A stretch of 64,000 nt of DNA, taken from NCBI GenBank assembly GCA_016188425.1, contig JACPHX010000006.1, forward strand, positions 28,585 through 92,584, read 5' to 3'. The first letter of the stretch is position 1; every line of letters starts with the position of its first letter. The notes beneath the pieces are model-generated. The model was not told the DNA's origin. It ran no database searches and saw only the letters and a program-made list of their open reading frames with translations. The DNA comes from Candidatus Uhrbacteria bacterium (GTDB lineage Bacteria; Patescibacteriota; Patescibacteriia; UBA9934; GWF2-40-263). This document shows, one piece after another, positions 9,627 to 18,975 of the stretch. Position numbers and translations under genes: made by a program.

Positions 9627-10079
9627 CTATTCGTCGCGGACGGAACCTTTCATGCGTTCGCGGAGCGTGCGGTTTATTTCTTTTTTCTTGAGCGTGTCGC
9701 GTTTTTCAAATGCCTTCTTCCCGCGGCCGAGCCCGATCTTTATCTTGATGAAAGGCCCCTTACTATAGACCGAAATTGGAACAATTGTCAATCGATCCTG
9801 CTGCTTTTTTGCGGCAAGACGAAGGATTTCATTCTGGTGAAGAAGCAGCTTGCGCTCGCGGATCGGATCTTGTTCGCCGTCGGCCGGCTTGTAGGGAGAA
9901 ATGTGAGCGTTCTTCAAGCAGAGCTCTCCCCTCCTCACGTGGACAAACGCGCCCTGAAGTTTCATTTGCTTCGCGCGGACCGATTTCACCTCGGCGCCTG
10001 TCAACACCAAACCCGCCTCGTACTCTTCGAGGATCTCAAAATCGAGATACGCGGTTTTATTGACGGAGAGGTCGGACAT
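9627..10079 (-). CDS. smpB: SsrA-binding protein SmpB
   Basis: MSDLSVNKTAYLDFEILEEYEAGLVLTGAEVKSVR... is the conserved SmpB N-terminus. ATG at 10077-10079 (rc). Adjacent to tmRNA. Confidence 0.85.
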   Translation of the reverse strand: MSDLSVNKTAYLDFEILEEYEAGLVLTGAEVKSVRAKQMKLQGAFVHVRRGELCLKNAHISPYKPADGEQDPIRERKLLLHQNEILRLAAKKQQDRLTIVPISVYSKGPFIKIKIGLGRGKKAFEKRDTLKKKEINRTLRERMKGSVRDE

Positions 10080-10178
10080 AGGGAAGAGTCGCAAAAGGCG
10101 CAAGGGGCACAGGAGGCGCAAGGGAACGAATGTTTATCTTGCTTTTTTGGCTGATTCCTTTATCATCCAGGACAAGCT

Positions 10179-10730
10179 ATGCGCATTCATCGACATCGAC
10201 AACGTAAACCTAAGTATAACGTCCAAGAGTACCGAGTCAACCAAACCATCACCGCGCCGCAGGTACGGGTCGTCGATGAGGATGGAACGGCCTACGGCGT
10301 TTTGGATATCGCCTCGGCATTGACCCTCGCCGCCCAGAAGGAAAAGGATCTGGTCGAGGTCTCCCCCAAGGGTGATCCGCCGGTCTGCCGTCTCTTGAAC
10401 TACGGTCACTTCCGCTACCAGAAGGAAAAGGAAGCGCGCAAAGCCAAAACGCAGTCCCATGAAGTGGAAGTCAAAGGCGTGCGCCTCACGGTTCGCATGG
10501 GTGAAGGCGACTGGGCCGTTCGGCTAGGCCAGGCAAAAAAATTCCTCGAGCGCGGAGACAAAGTCCGACTCGAACTCATCCTTCGTGGGCGTGAAAAAGC
10601 TCACAAAGAGGTCGGTCAGGATCGCATCAACGAATTCATGGTAGACCTCAAAGGTTTTTTCCCGTTGCGAGTCGAACAGACCGTTACCTTCCAAGCTGGT
10701 CGTTTCATTGCAATTCTAGCTCGGGAATAA
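10179..10730 (+). CDS. infC: Translation initiation factor IF-3
   Basis: ...ITAPQVRVVDEDGTAYGVLDIASALTLAAQKEKDLVEVSPKGDPPVCRLLNYGHFRYQKEKEARKAK... is a classic IF-3 sequence; true start codon may be non-AUG. Confidence 0.8.
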   Translation: MRIHRHRQRKPKYNVQEYRVNQTITAPQVRVVDEDGTAYGVLDIASALTLAAQKEKDLVEVSPKGDPPVCRLLNYGHFRYQKEKEARKAKTQSHEVEVKGVRLTVRMGEGDWAVRLGQAKKFLERGDKVRLELILRGREKAHKEVGQDRINEFMVDLKGFFPLRVEQTVTFQAGRFIAILARE

Positions 10731-10863
10731 AGGGGACAGACGGTTTGACAGGTTCCCTTCGCTCCCCTATGCTTGCAGCGACATACGGATGAATCCACAG
10801 GCGAATGTTTGCGGGCAGTCCGTGGGAGGGTTGCAGACCCGCCCCAACCTCACATTATTTTGT

Positions 10864-11025
10864 ATGAAATTGAAGACACACAAGGCACTGAAACGCCGGG
10901 TTCGGGTGACCAAAACCGGGAAAACCATGAAGCGATACGTTGGGCAGAACCATTTCAACGCCCGCGATACTGGAAAAGCCAGCCGCAAAAAACGCCGCGA
11001 CGTCCAATTCGCGCACAACCACTAA
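10864..11025 (+). CDS. rpmI: Ribosomal protein L35
   Basis: MKLKTHKALKRRVRVTKTGKTMKRYVGQNHFNARDTGK... L35 signature; infC-rpmI-rplT gene order. Confidence 0.8.
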   Translation: MKLKTHKALKRRVRVTKTGKTMKRYVGQNHFNARDTGKASRKKRRDVQFAHNH

Positions 11026-11192
11026 GAGGCTATCTCAAAAATCCTTTTCGACCGGCTCGGGCCAAAACGGCCTGCAATCGGTTCAGGATTCGTCGAAATA
11101 GTCCACACTATTCCTCCTCACCCTTCACCGATTTCGGCTCGTTTTGACCTCGACCCGGTTCGAAAATTATTTTTGAAATAACCTCTTCTATG

Positions 11193-11608
11193 CCACGTGT
11201 AAAACGCGGGATGCTTCACCTGAAGAAGCGCCGCACCATCCTCTCCCGCACCAAAGGGATGAAGTGGGGCCGCAAGTCCAAACTGCGCCTCGCCCGTATC
11301 GCGGCCTCTCCCGCACCAAAGGGATGAAGTGGGGCCGCAAGTCCAAACTGCGCCTCGCCCGTATCGCGGCCATCAAAGCCGGGGTATACGCCCATCGCGA
11401 CCGCCGCAACAACAAACGCAACTTCCGCCGTCTGTGGCAGGTTCGCATCAATGCCGCCGTTCGCCCACACGGGACAACCTATAGCAAATTCATCCACGAA
11501 TTGAGCACGAAAGGCATCATAGTGGATCGCAAAATCCTCGCCCTCCTTGCCAAGGATTACCCAGCCGCTTTTGAGGGAATCGTGAAGCAAGTCATGGCGA
11601 CCAAGTAA
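11193..11608 (+). pseudogene. rplT: Ribosomal protein L20 gene, frameshifted by a perfect 65-bp tandem duplication (intact L20 is restored if one copy is removed)
   Basis: ATG at 11193 gives MPRVKRGMLHLKKRRTILSRTKGMKWGRKSKLRLARIAA, then the duplicated 65 nt shifts frame to a TGA. Second copy continues in another frame as ...IKAGVYAHRDRRNNKRNFRRLWQVRINAAVRPHGTTYSKFIHEL..., the L20 consensus. Confidence 0.75.
11242..11371 (+). repeat. Perfect 2 x 65-bp tandem duplication inside rplT
   Basis: 11242-11306 and 11307-11371 are identical (tctcccgcaccaaagggatgaagtggggccgcaagtccaaactgcgcctcgcccgtatcgcggcc). Confidence 0.9.
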
Positions 11609-11619
11609 ATTTTGGAAAG

Positions 11620-11650
11620 AAAAACCCGTGAAAACGGGTTTTTTGTTTGG
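11620..11650 (+). terminator. Rho-independent terminator after rplT
   Basis: aaacccgtgaaaacgggttttttgttt hairpin plus T-run. Confidence 0.6.
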
Positions 11651-11667
11651 CAATGTTGACTTTTCGT

Positions 11668-11696
11668 AAATTTTCAGCTATATTTACTGGTCCCAA
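11668..11696 (+). promoter_or_regulatory. Sigma70-like promoter (TTGACT-N17-TATATT)
   Basis: ttgacttttcgtaaattttcagctatatt upstream of the gene starting at 11755. Confidence 0.45.
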
Positions 11697-11754
11697 TCCA
11701 CGGCCGTGCCTAAATCCGCGGCAACGATCACAACCAACAGAGGAGGATACTGGG

Positions 11755-12978
11755 ATGGAAATCAGACGATACTCGGGCAAAAACCAGTTCTGGCTCATGA
11801 TCAGGAGCCCGGACATCATCACTGTGGAGATCACAGTGTTCGGAGAAAACGGAAAGGTTATTCAGTCGCCGACGCCGAAGACCCCGCTCCGAGTGGGTCC
11901 CGTCGGCCCCTCGTTCTCGGATCAACACCCCGGCAAAATGGGGTACACCTTCTCCGTTCAGCAGACGAAGAACAACATGACGGTAGGGCCGAACATGACC
12001 TTCTCCTTCAAAAAAGAAGAGGTAGTGAAAGGGGATCAACAATGGCTCGATGATCCGACGCTTCAAGCGCCGGCTCCGATCGCACCCGCGGCTCCGACCA
12101 CCGCGGCCGCAGGATCAGCTCCAACGACCACGGTGTCTCCGCTTCTCACGGGAGCAGCGGTCGTCCCACCGACGGCAGGAGGATCCTCGGCTCTCCCTGA
12201 CCCATTCATCCCAAGCCAGATTTTGGCCGCCATGGGACAACCGGTAGCGGCTGCTCCGACGGAAGCAGATGATGAGGCGAAGGTCGCCGCGGAGGTCGCC
12301 AGGCAAGCGGAAGAGGCGGCATCGTCGCGACCGAAGGTCCCAATGGGGAATCTCTTTCCCAAGAAAGAGCCAGTGGGAACGAAGAAGAAACAAGAGGAAA
12401 AAACAAAAAAAGGAGCAACCGAAACGAACTGGCCCTTCTGGGCTCTTCTCCTTGTGGGAATCTGCATCGGTGGAAAATGGATCTGGGACTCGCAACAGGA
12501 ATCCAAGACACAGGGAACCTTGTTGCTTGGAACCAAGGATGCGGGGACGAACGAAGGGCATGTTCTCACCTTCGAGGACCAGCCAATCAAAGATGCCTCG
12601 CCGCCCCCCGCGCCCGCAGTCGAGTCCCACTCCCCAGACGCTTCCGTCACACCGGAACAACTACGACGGTGCGGGTCGGGGCTTCATCCGACCAACCAAG
12701 GGGTCTCCTGCGAGCCAAGAGGAGAAGGAGCGATCCGTTCGCTTCAACTGGACCAGGGAAACTTCAAGATGGTCTGCCAGAAGGACGGCAAAAAGAGAGC
12801 CGTCCTGATGAGAGACACGGATTTCACGGAAGCGACGGGGATTTACCTCTCCTGCTTCCGAGAGACCTGGCAGTGCGATCCGCAGACCGATGCGGATTGC
12901 CAGAAACGCAAGGATGAGCTGACCAACGGGGGCTGGAAACGTCTCCAGGACTACGCCACCGACCCAGACAAACTGTAA
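11755..12978 (+). CDS. Hypothetical single-pass membrane protein with C-terminal Cys-rich extracytoplasmic domain (VSCEPxGxGxIRS...)
   Basis: Start MEIRRYSGKNQFW with GAGGAGGA 8 nt upstream. Pro/Ala-rich linker, TM (WPFWALLLVGICIGGKWIW), C-terminal Cys domain paralogous to the C-terminus of the next gene. Confidence 0.5.
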   Translation: MEIRRYSGKNQFWLMIRSPDIITVEITVFGENGKVIQSPTPKTPLRVGPVGPSFSDQHPGKMGYTFSVQQTKNNMTVGPNMTFSFKKEEVVKGDQQWLDDPTLQAPAPIAPAAPTTAAAGSAPTTTVSPLLTGAAVVPPTAGGSSALPDPFIPSQILAAMGQPVAAAPTEADDEAKVAAEVARQAEEAASSRPKVPMGNLFPKKEPVGTKKKQEEKTKKGATETNWPFWALLLVGICIGGKWIWDSQQESKTQGTLLLGTKDAGTNEGHVLTFEDQPIKDASPPPAPAVESHSPDASVTPEQLRRCGSGLHPTNQGVSCEPRGEGAIRSLQLDQGNFKMVCQKDGKKRAVLMRDTDFTEATGIYLSCFRETWQCDPQTDADCQKRKDELTNGGWKRLQDYATDPDKL

Positions 12979-13129
12979 CCCGCAGGCGGGTACATGCAGA
13001 CCCGCCATCATCGCAGGGACGATCCGGACATCACGGATCGCCCCTTTTTCATTCTTGGGCTTGACTTTTCCATAAAAATTGGCATGATAAGGGCGGTCCA
13101 CAGAACAAAAACAGGAGAAAAATACGAAA

Positions 13130-15316
13130 ATGGCCAGTAAAGGACCTCTGGACTTCGATCCGGAAGAACAAACCTTGCCGCAAGGGGCTTTCGTTCCCTT
13201 GCTTAAACCCGAAAAGGGAGAAATCGGAGCACGCTACATGTCCGAACCGCCACCGCCCCCACACCCATCCGTTGCTCCCGACCTGTTGGGAGCAGCACCA
13301 CACGATTCCGACGATATCTCCACCGAGTTCGAGAGAGCATTCGCGCAGGATCCGGCGGGAGAGGAGTCGACACAGGAGTTGACAGACCAGGGAATCCTGG
13401 GACCGGCCGGCACGCACGATTCGGTTCCGCCGACGGCAGAGGCGGTCACCAGCGTGGCACAGCGCCTCGTGACCACTACGCTCATGGGAGACAGGGGGAA
13501 GGGGAAATCCTCGATCCCCGACGCGGCCACGGAAGTTGACCCGTCATTGGGTCAGCGAGCGATCCCTCCCTCCAGAACGGGAGCGACGCCGTCCTCCGAA
13601 TTCGCCAAGCTCGAGGAAGCGCGGGCGCAGACGAGCCGCGAACGCAAGAGGTTCGAGGAACTCTACAAACAAGCGACCGAACTGCGCGGAGAGGTCAACG
13701 ACCTGCGAGTGAAGGTGGAGCCGCTCAAAGCGGAACTGCCGGGGCTCGAGGCGCGCGCGAAGGCGGCAAAAGAGGCCGAGGCGAACGCCCGGGCGGAAGT
13801 GGCCCAACTCACCGACCAAGTCGGCCAGCTGGACACCCGGAAGGCGAGGCTCGAGGCCGAGATCGAAGAGATGTCGGTGGTCCTGTCGACCAGTAACAAC
13901 GAACTCAAGGACATCGATTCCACGATCGAGATACGACGCCACGATCTCGGAACCCTCGAGGAGAAGATCGAGACGGGCGCAGACGTGCTCGAGGCGATGG
14001 GCAGGGAAACGGACGCAAGTCTGAAGAAGATGGCGGAGGCGAAGAGCGCCACGGCGGGGGCGGAGACGTATCTCTTGGACCTGTCCAGCCAAATCGAGAA
14101 TCGGGAAGGAAAACGAGATGAGCTTGGCATCGAAATCAGCAAGCTCATTGCTGATCGCAAAGCCGCCGCCTCCAACCTGACGCAGCTCGAAGCGAACCTC
14201 GAGGGTGTGCGCACGGAGCTGAACGCGCAGACAAAGCAGTTGGAAGGGATCGTCGCGAAGAAGGAGGCGGCTCTCGCGGAGCTCTCGGACAAGGTGACGC
14301 AGAAAGAGGCGGCGCTTGCGGCCGCAGAGGAAGGACAAAGGAGAGTGATGGAAGAAACGAAAAAACAGCAAGAAGCCCTGGCGGCAATCAATGCCGAGAT
14401 CGGTGTGATCGAGAAGGACCTGACGGCCAAGAAAGCCCAACGGGACGCCATAGCACAGCAAGTCCAAGAGCAGACGAATGCGTTGGAGTCGCTCAAGTCA
14501 CGTGCCGAGGCCGCGGCACAGAACCCCGTCGCCGTCACCCACGGAAATCTCCTGGATCCGAGCGGAATCCCGAATTTCCCCTTGGGGAAGGACAGCAAGC
14601 CGGCCCCCGCCACGGATCCGAAGCCATCCCAGACCATTGGGACGGCATCGAACCATGGCGGAACGATGGATCAGCGGACGCATCCCGAGCCGCAGCCCTC
14701 GTCGCCGCAGTATTCGTCCGTGACCCGCAACAAGACCGATAAGGAAAACAAGGACATTGAAACCGCGAGCGGCGCCTCGCGTGGCGTTCTGGGCATCGCC
14801 TTCATCCTCGTGATCCTCGGCCTGTTGGGATGGGGTGCCTACTCCATTGCCAAGGATCCGCTCACCGCCTGGTTCAACAAGCCGGCGGCAGTCGTGGTAC
14901 CCCCACCGAGCGAGGCATCCGAAGAGGAGGAGACGGCCACGGAGGAAGCATCGGAGGATTCGGCGCCAGAGGTCATTCCCGCGGCACCGACGAAGGACAG
15001 ACGGCCCATCATTCCGACCCAAGCCCCGACGACGCCATCGGCGACGTCCGCGGTCAGCTGTGAGCCCTACGGGGCGGGCGAGATACGGTCGTTTGACATC
15101 AAAGACGGCCGCGTGCTCCTGCAATGCGGGACGGATTGCTACCGCGCGACGTTCGCGGCGATCGAGAAGCAAACCGGCTCCAAGATCTACGAAGCGCGCA
15201 GGGCGTACCAGTGCACAGAGAATTCCTGTGCCGACGCGCGGAAGCAATTCCGAGAAGCCGGCTGGGATCCCTCGGCCAGCAAAGAAGCATTCAGTTCCTC
15301 GACTGAGTGCAAGTGA
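13130..15316 (+). CDS. Long coiled-coil membrane protein (728 aa) with the same C-terminal Cys-rich domain
   Basis: ~300-aa heptad-like Ala/Glu/Lys/Leu-rich segment (LEARAKAAKEAEANARAEVAQL...), TM (VLGIAFILVILGLLGWGAY), C-terminus VSCEPYGAGEIRSFD.... Confidence 0.55.
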   Translation: MASKGPLDFDPEEQTLPQGAFVPLLKPEKGEIGARYMSEPPPPPHPSVAPDLLGAAPHDSDDISTEFERAFAQDPAGEESTQELTDQGILGPAGTHDSVPPTAEAVTSVAQRLVTTTLMGDRGKGKSSIPDAATEVDPSLGQRAIPPSRTGATPSSEFAKLEEARAQTSRERKRFEELYKQATELRGEVNDLRVKVEPLKAELPGLEARAKAAKEAEANARAEVAQLTDQVGQLDTRKARLEAEIEEMSVVLSTSNNELKDIDSTIEIRRHDLGTLEEKIETGADVLEAMGRETDASLKKMAEAKSATAGAETYLLDLSSQIENREGKRDELGIEISKLIADRKAAASNLTQLEANLEGVRTELNAQTKQLEGIVAKKEAALAELSDKVTQKEAALAAAEEGQRRVMEETKKQQEALAAINAEIGVIEKDLTAKKAQRDAIAQQVQEQTNALESLKSRAEAAAQNPVAVTHGNLLDPSGIPNFPLGKDSKPAPATDPKPSQTIGTASNHGGTMDQRTHPEPQPSSPQYSSVTRNKTDKENKDIETASGASRGVLGIAFILVILGLLGWGAYSIAKDPLTAWFNKPAAVVVPPPSEASEEEETATEEASEDSAPEVIPAAPTKDRRPIIPTQAPTTPSATSAVSCEPYGAGEIRSFDIKDGRVLLQCGTDCYRATFAAIEKQTGSKIYEARRAYQCTENSCADARKQFREAGWDPSASKEAFSSSTECK

Positions 15317-15385
15317 TCCACGGCAGTGTCTGCGCGAAACGAGCCCTTGCTCGTTTCCCAGGCACTGTGTTTTTTATACAGAGGA

Positions 15386-15437
15386 TACAAAAAATCACCT
15401 TTTCAGGTGATTTTTTGGCGGACCGGACGGGATTCCT
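15386..15437 (-). repeat. Duplicate of the tRNA-Asp 3' end (22 nt) plus its terminator hairpin (~48 nt, 1 mismatch)
   Basis: caaaaaatcaccttttcaggtgattttttggcggaccggacgggattc matches 15567-15614 (terminator plus 3' end of the intact tRNA-Asp). Confidence 0.7.
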
Positions 15438-15592
15438 CCTCATCCGTCGTTCGCGGTGCCGGGGCGGCACATGCTCACTCCTCCTTCGGAGCCTGGGGCG
15501 TCCAAAACGTGAAGCAGTTCACGTTTTGGCCGTCCCCTTCGAATCCCGTCCGATCCGCCACACACAAAAAACCACCTTTTCAGGTGATTTTT

Positions 15593-15670
15593 TGGCGGAC
15601 CGGACGGGATTCGAACCCGCGATCTTCTCCGTGACAGGGAGACGTGTTAACCGGGCTACACCACCGATCC
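15593..15670 (-). tRNA. tRNA-Asp (GTC), CCA encoded
   Basis: rc GGATCGGTGGTGTAGCCCGGTTAACACGTCTCCCTGTCACGGAGAAGATCGCGGGTTCGAATCCCGTCCGGTCCGCCA; cloverleaf with anticodon loop CTGTCAC; terminator hairpin caccttttcaggtg plus T-run directly 3'. Confidence 0.85.
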
Positions 15671-15744
15671 ATGTATTTTGGTGGCGGCATGGTAACACGC
15701 GTCTTTTTTCTCTGCAACCAGTGCTTCAATCTCTTTCCACAGCC

Positions 15745-17106
15745 CTAAATCTCCCTCACCTCCAGCTTCCCTCCCGCATATGTTGCCACTTCCATGCTGA
15801 CATCCAGCACCTTCAACCGTTTCAGCTGGGCGATCGCTTCTTTGATAGGATCCCCTTCCCCGGGCTTTACCACGAGAGGGCGCACGCCCCAGCGGAGCAT
15901 GTTCTGGCGGGCGACGACGAGGGAGGGGCAGACGAGGTACAGGGGTACTTCGGGATGTTCACGGAACAAGGTTTCTTCTGTCGTTAGGATCAAATCAACC
16001 TCATCATTTTCCGCCAATGATTTTACGACGTCGACCGGATTTCCTTTCAAACCGTTGGTGCTTCCCCCTTTTACTTCCACGTCGTCGTACATAGATTTCT
16101 CCGCGACTTGGATGATCGTAGACATGGTTTCCACGGCGAGGAGTGGATACTTCCCCGCGGCGGTCTCGCCTGAAAGCATGACCGCGTCGGTGTGATCGAA
16201 GACGGCATTGGCGACATCGGAAACCTCCGCGCGCGTGGGGCGCGACTGGCGTATCATGGAATCGAGCATTTGGGTGGCGACAATGACGGGTTTCCCTGCG
16301 TCCCGACAGATGTCGACGATTTGTTTCTGGCGCACCGGAACTTCCGCGGCCGGAATCTCGATTGCCAAATCTCCCCGCGCCACCATGATGCCATCCGCCA
16401 CCTCCAGGAGCTCGGCGAAGCGGTCGATCGCCTCACGCCGCTCGATCTTGAGCAGGATACGCGGCGGCGTATTTTTCCCCGCGGCGGTTTGGGAGATGCG
16501 CCGCAAGAGCTTCACATCCTTTGGATCGACGACAAAAGAAAGCGCCAGCCAATCGACCCCGAGTTTTGTTAAAAACACCGCATCATCTTTGTCCTTGTCT
16601 GTGAGCGCAGACAGCCCAAGTTTGGTGTCAGGGACATTCATCCCTTTGTGCGAAAGCAGCGTGCCCCCATGTACCACCCGCGCCATCAATTCCCCATTCC
16701 CGACCTTGGTGACCACAAGCTCCAACAACCCATCATCGATAAAAATGCGTTCCCTTTTTTTCATCTCCTGGGACAATTTCTCGTAACTCAAAGGGATCGC
16801 ACTTTCTTTTCCCATGTGCAAAGAAGAAACAAAACGAACCTCCTTCCCTTCCTCCAACATGAGCCCCTCCGCCGGAAGCTCGCCCACACGCAAGCGCGGC
16901 CCCTGAAGATCGCCAAGGATCGCGATCGGCTGGTTCGTTTTTTTCTCTGCCGCTCGGATAGAGCGGACGCGTTCCTCATGATACGCATGCGTACTGTGCG
17001 ACAAATTCAACCGAGCGACCCGCATCCCAGCGCCTATGAGCGATTGGAGTATCTCTGGGCTTTGGCTCGCAGGGCCGATCGTACAAACGATTTTTGTGCG
17101 GGTCAT
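15745..17106 (-). CDS. pyk: Pyruvate kinase
   Basis: MTRTKIVCTIGPAS...MRVARLNLSHS... canonical PK N-terminus and full length. Confidence 0.85.
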   Translation of the reverse strand: MTRTKIVCTIGPASQSPEILQSLIGAGMRVARLNLSHSTHAYHEERVRSIRAAEKKTNQPIAILGDLQGPRLRVGELPAEGLMLEEGKEVRFVSSLHMGKESAIPLSYEKLSQEMKKRERIFIDDGLLELVVTKVGNGELMARVVHGGTLLSHKGMNVPDTKLGLSALTDKDKDDAVFLTKLGVDWLALSFVVDPKDVKLLRRISQTAAGKNTPPRILLKIERREAIDRFAELLEVADGIMVARGDLAIEIPAAEVPVRQKQIVDICRDAGKPVIVATQMLDSMIRQSRPTRAEVSDVANAVFDHTDAVMLSGETAAGKYPLLAVETMSTIIQVAEKSMYDDVEVKGGSTNGLKGNPVDVVKSLAENDEVDLILTTEETLFREHPEVPLYLVCPSLVVARQNMLRWGVRPLVVKPGEGDPIKEAIAQLKRLKVLDVSMEVATYAGGKLEVREI

Positions 17107-17127
17107 AGGGCGCAATAGAACCGAACG

Positions 17128-18306
17128 TTATTTGAAATACTTAGGATCTGCTTCCTGAAGCACGACGGAAATGGCGATGTCCGCTCCCCCACGACGCACA
17201 AGCAGTTCAACGTGATCCGCGGGATGAAACGGAGCCAATGACTGGCTCAAGGTCTTGGCAAACGAAAGCGCTTGGCCGTTTATAGAAACAATAATATCAC
17301 CATCTTTGACTCCTGCCTGCTCCGCCGGAGATCCCGCGAGTACCGCGGCGCCTTCCCCGCCGGAAATCCACGCCCCATGGTCGATATCCAACCCAGCCTG
17401 TGAGGCGATATCCGGGGTGAGCATGATGTAGCGCACGCCAAGCCATGGACGAACGATGCGCCCGAATTGTCGGATATCGGAAACGACGCGGGCGACATCG
17501 TTGGAAGGGATGGCAAACCCGATGGCCTCCCCTTCGTTGTTCACCGCCGTGTTAACGCCAATCACGTTGCCGGACAAATTGATGAGCGGACCGCCCGAAT
17601 TCCCAGGATTAATCGCCGCGTCCGTTTGGATGGCTTGTTCGATAATTTCAGATCGTCCCATCCACATCCCGGCCGCTACGCGACGATTGAGGCCAGAAAT
17701 GACTCCTTTGGTCACGGTGTTTTGATATTCGGACAACGTGTTCCCGATCGCGATCACCGTCTGACCGACCTGCAGGCCGTCTGAATCTCCTAAGGAAACC
17801 ATTGGAAACGGCCCCCCATCTACTTTCAACACTGCCAGGTCGAGAATTGGATCGGTGGCAATGAGCGTGGCGGAGAGTTCCCGCCCTGAATCGGTAATAA
17901 CGACAAATACCTGGTTCTCCTCATCAACGACATGTCGGTTGGTGACGACATACCCATCCCCCGTGACAAAGAACCCCGTGCCGCCCCCTACTTGAATGAG
18001 CGTGTCTGCCCCCGACCCTTCGCTGGACATGTTTCTTCCAAGAACCCGTCGCGGCCGTTTCACCGCAATACTCACCACCGCAGGGGAAACATGTTCAACC
18101 ACAGAAATCGTCGCCCGCTCTTCCTCCGCAAGCAAGGGATCCGTGAGGGAAGAAATACGGGGATCCGCCGTCTTGGGGACAGAAGAAACCCACAACGTCA
18201 CGCCGGTGGCGAACGCCGCGACCAAAGCGCATAAGGCGAGCTGGAACAGAATCCAAGAAACGGGGGGACGCGAAGACATAGGAGAAGATGGGGATAACGA
18301 ATCCAC
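17128..18306 (-). CDS. htrA: HtrA/DegP-family serine protease with PDZ domain (catalytically intact)
   Basis: TGFFVTGDGYVVTNRHVV (His), GNSGGPLINLSGNVIGVNTAV (Ser), N-terminal TM, C-terminal PDZ. GTG start immediately after the nrdR stop. Confidence 0.8.
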   Translation of the reverse strand: MDSLSPSSPMSSRPPVSWILFQLALCALVAAFATGVTLWVSSVPKTADPRISSLTDPLLAEEERATISVVEHVSPAVVSIAVKRPRRVLGRNMSSEGSGADTLIQVGGGTGFFVTGDGYVVTNRHVVDEENQVFVVITDSGRELSATLIATDPILDLAVLKVDGGPFPMVSLGDSDGLQVGQTVIAIGNTLSEYQNTVTKGVISGLNRRVAAGMWMGRSEIIEQAIQTDAAINPGNSGGPLINLSGNVIGVNTAVNNEGEAIGFAIPSNDVARVVSDIRQFGRIVRPWLGVRYIMLTPDIASQAGLDIDHGAWISGGEGAAVLAGSPAEQAGVKDGDIIVSINGQALSFAKTLSQSLAPFHPADHVELLVRRGGADIAISVVLQEADPKYFK

Positions 18307-18780
18307 TTATGAACGTACCTTTTTTTGCCGGCGCCGCTTGCTCAACTCGCGCAGCGCCCGTTCGAACATCTCGACATCCTCGAACGATTGGTAAACGGAG
18401 GCGAAGCGGATGTACGCTACTTTATCAAACTGCCGCAAACGCTTCATGAGCAACTCGCCGATCTGCGCGCTCGTAATTTCCCCTTGGGATTTTTTCTGGA
18501 TGTCGCGCTCCACGCTCTTTACGAGTTGATTGAACTGCTCTTCCGTGTACGGCCGCTTCTCCAGGGCTTTTTTCAACCCATGGACCACCTTCTCACGGGA
18601 ATACTGTTCCCGCCGGCCGTCCCGCTTCACCACGGACAATCCCAAAAGTTCCACTTCTTCCAACGTAGAAAAACGGAACGCGCATTTCAAACACTCGCGG
18701 CGGCGGCGGATGCTGGCGCCATCGCTAGAGAGGCGCGAGTCTACCACCTTCGTTTCGGCGTGGCCGCAGAGGACGCATTG
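18307..18780 (-). CDS. nrdR: Transcriptional repressor NrdR
   Basis: MQCVLCGHAETKVVDSRL... zinc ribbon plus ATP-cone. Confidence 0.85.
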   Translation of the reverse strand, partial: QCVLCGHAETKVVDSRLSSDGASIRRRRECLKCAFRFSTLEEVELLGLSVVKRDGRREQYSREKVVHGLKKALEKRPYTEEQFNQLVKSVERDIQKKSQGEITSAQIGELLMKRLRQFDKVAYIRFASVYQSFEDVEMFERALRELSKRRRQKKVRS

Positions 18781-18798
18781 CATAAAATACAAAGGGGG

Positions 18799-18975
18799 GG
18801 TGAACAAGAGAAACCAAGGGCGAACAAGAGTGAACAGGAGAGATGGAAGAAAACTATCCTAATTGGAACAAACGAACGAAGACGGAGTTCAAAAATCAAA
18901 AATTATCAATGTCTCTTTCCTTCTCCCTTGTTCTCACTTGTTCACCCTTGTCATCCCTTGTTCACCTTCCTCCCC
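18799..18975. repeat. CAAGG-type short-tandem-repeat element, inverted pair (10-mer units GGTGAACAAG) flanking a 65-bp AT-rich spacer
   Basis: Left arm ggtgaacaagagaaaccaagggcgaacaagagtgaacagg; right arm is the imperfect reverse complement (cttgttctcacttgttcacccttgtcatcccttgttcacc). Between the ftsZ stop and nrdR start. Confidence 0.6.

Noticed and set aside
9564-10154. 196-aa plus-strand ORF
   Set aside because: Antisense to smpB; its C-terminus (SQKAQGAQEAQGNE) is just the GCGCAAGGG repeat translated.
15307-15987. 226-aa plus-strand ORF spanning the tRNA-Asp region
   Set aside because: Runs through tRNA-Asp, its terminator copies and antisense to pyk; no coding signal.
16208-16786. 192-aa plus-strand ORF
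   Set aside because: Antisense to pyruvate kinase.
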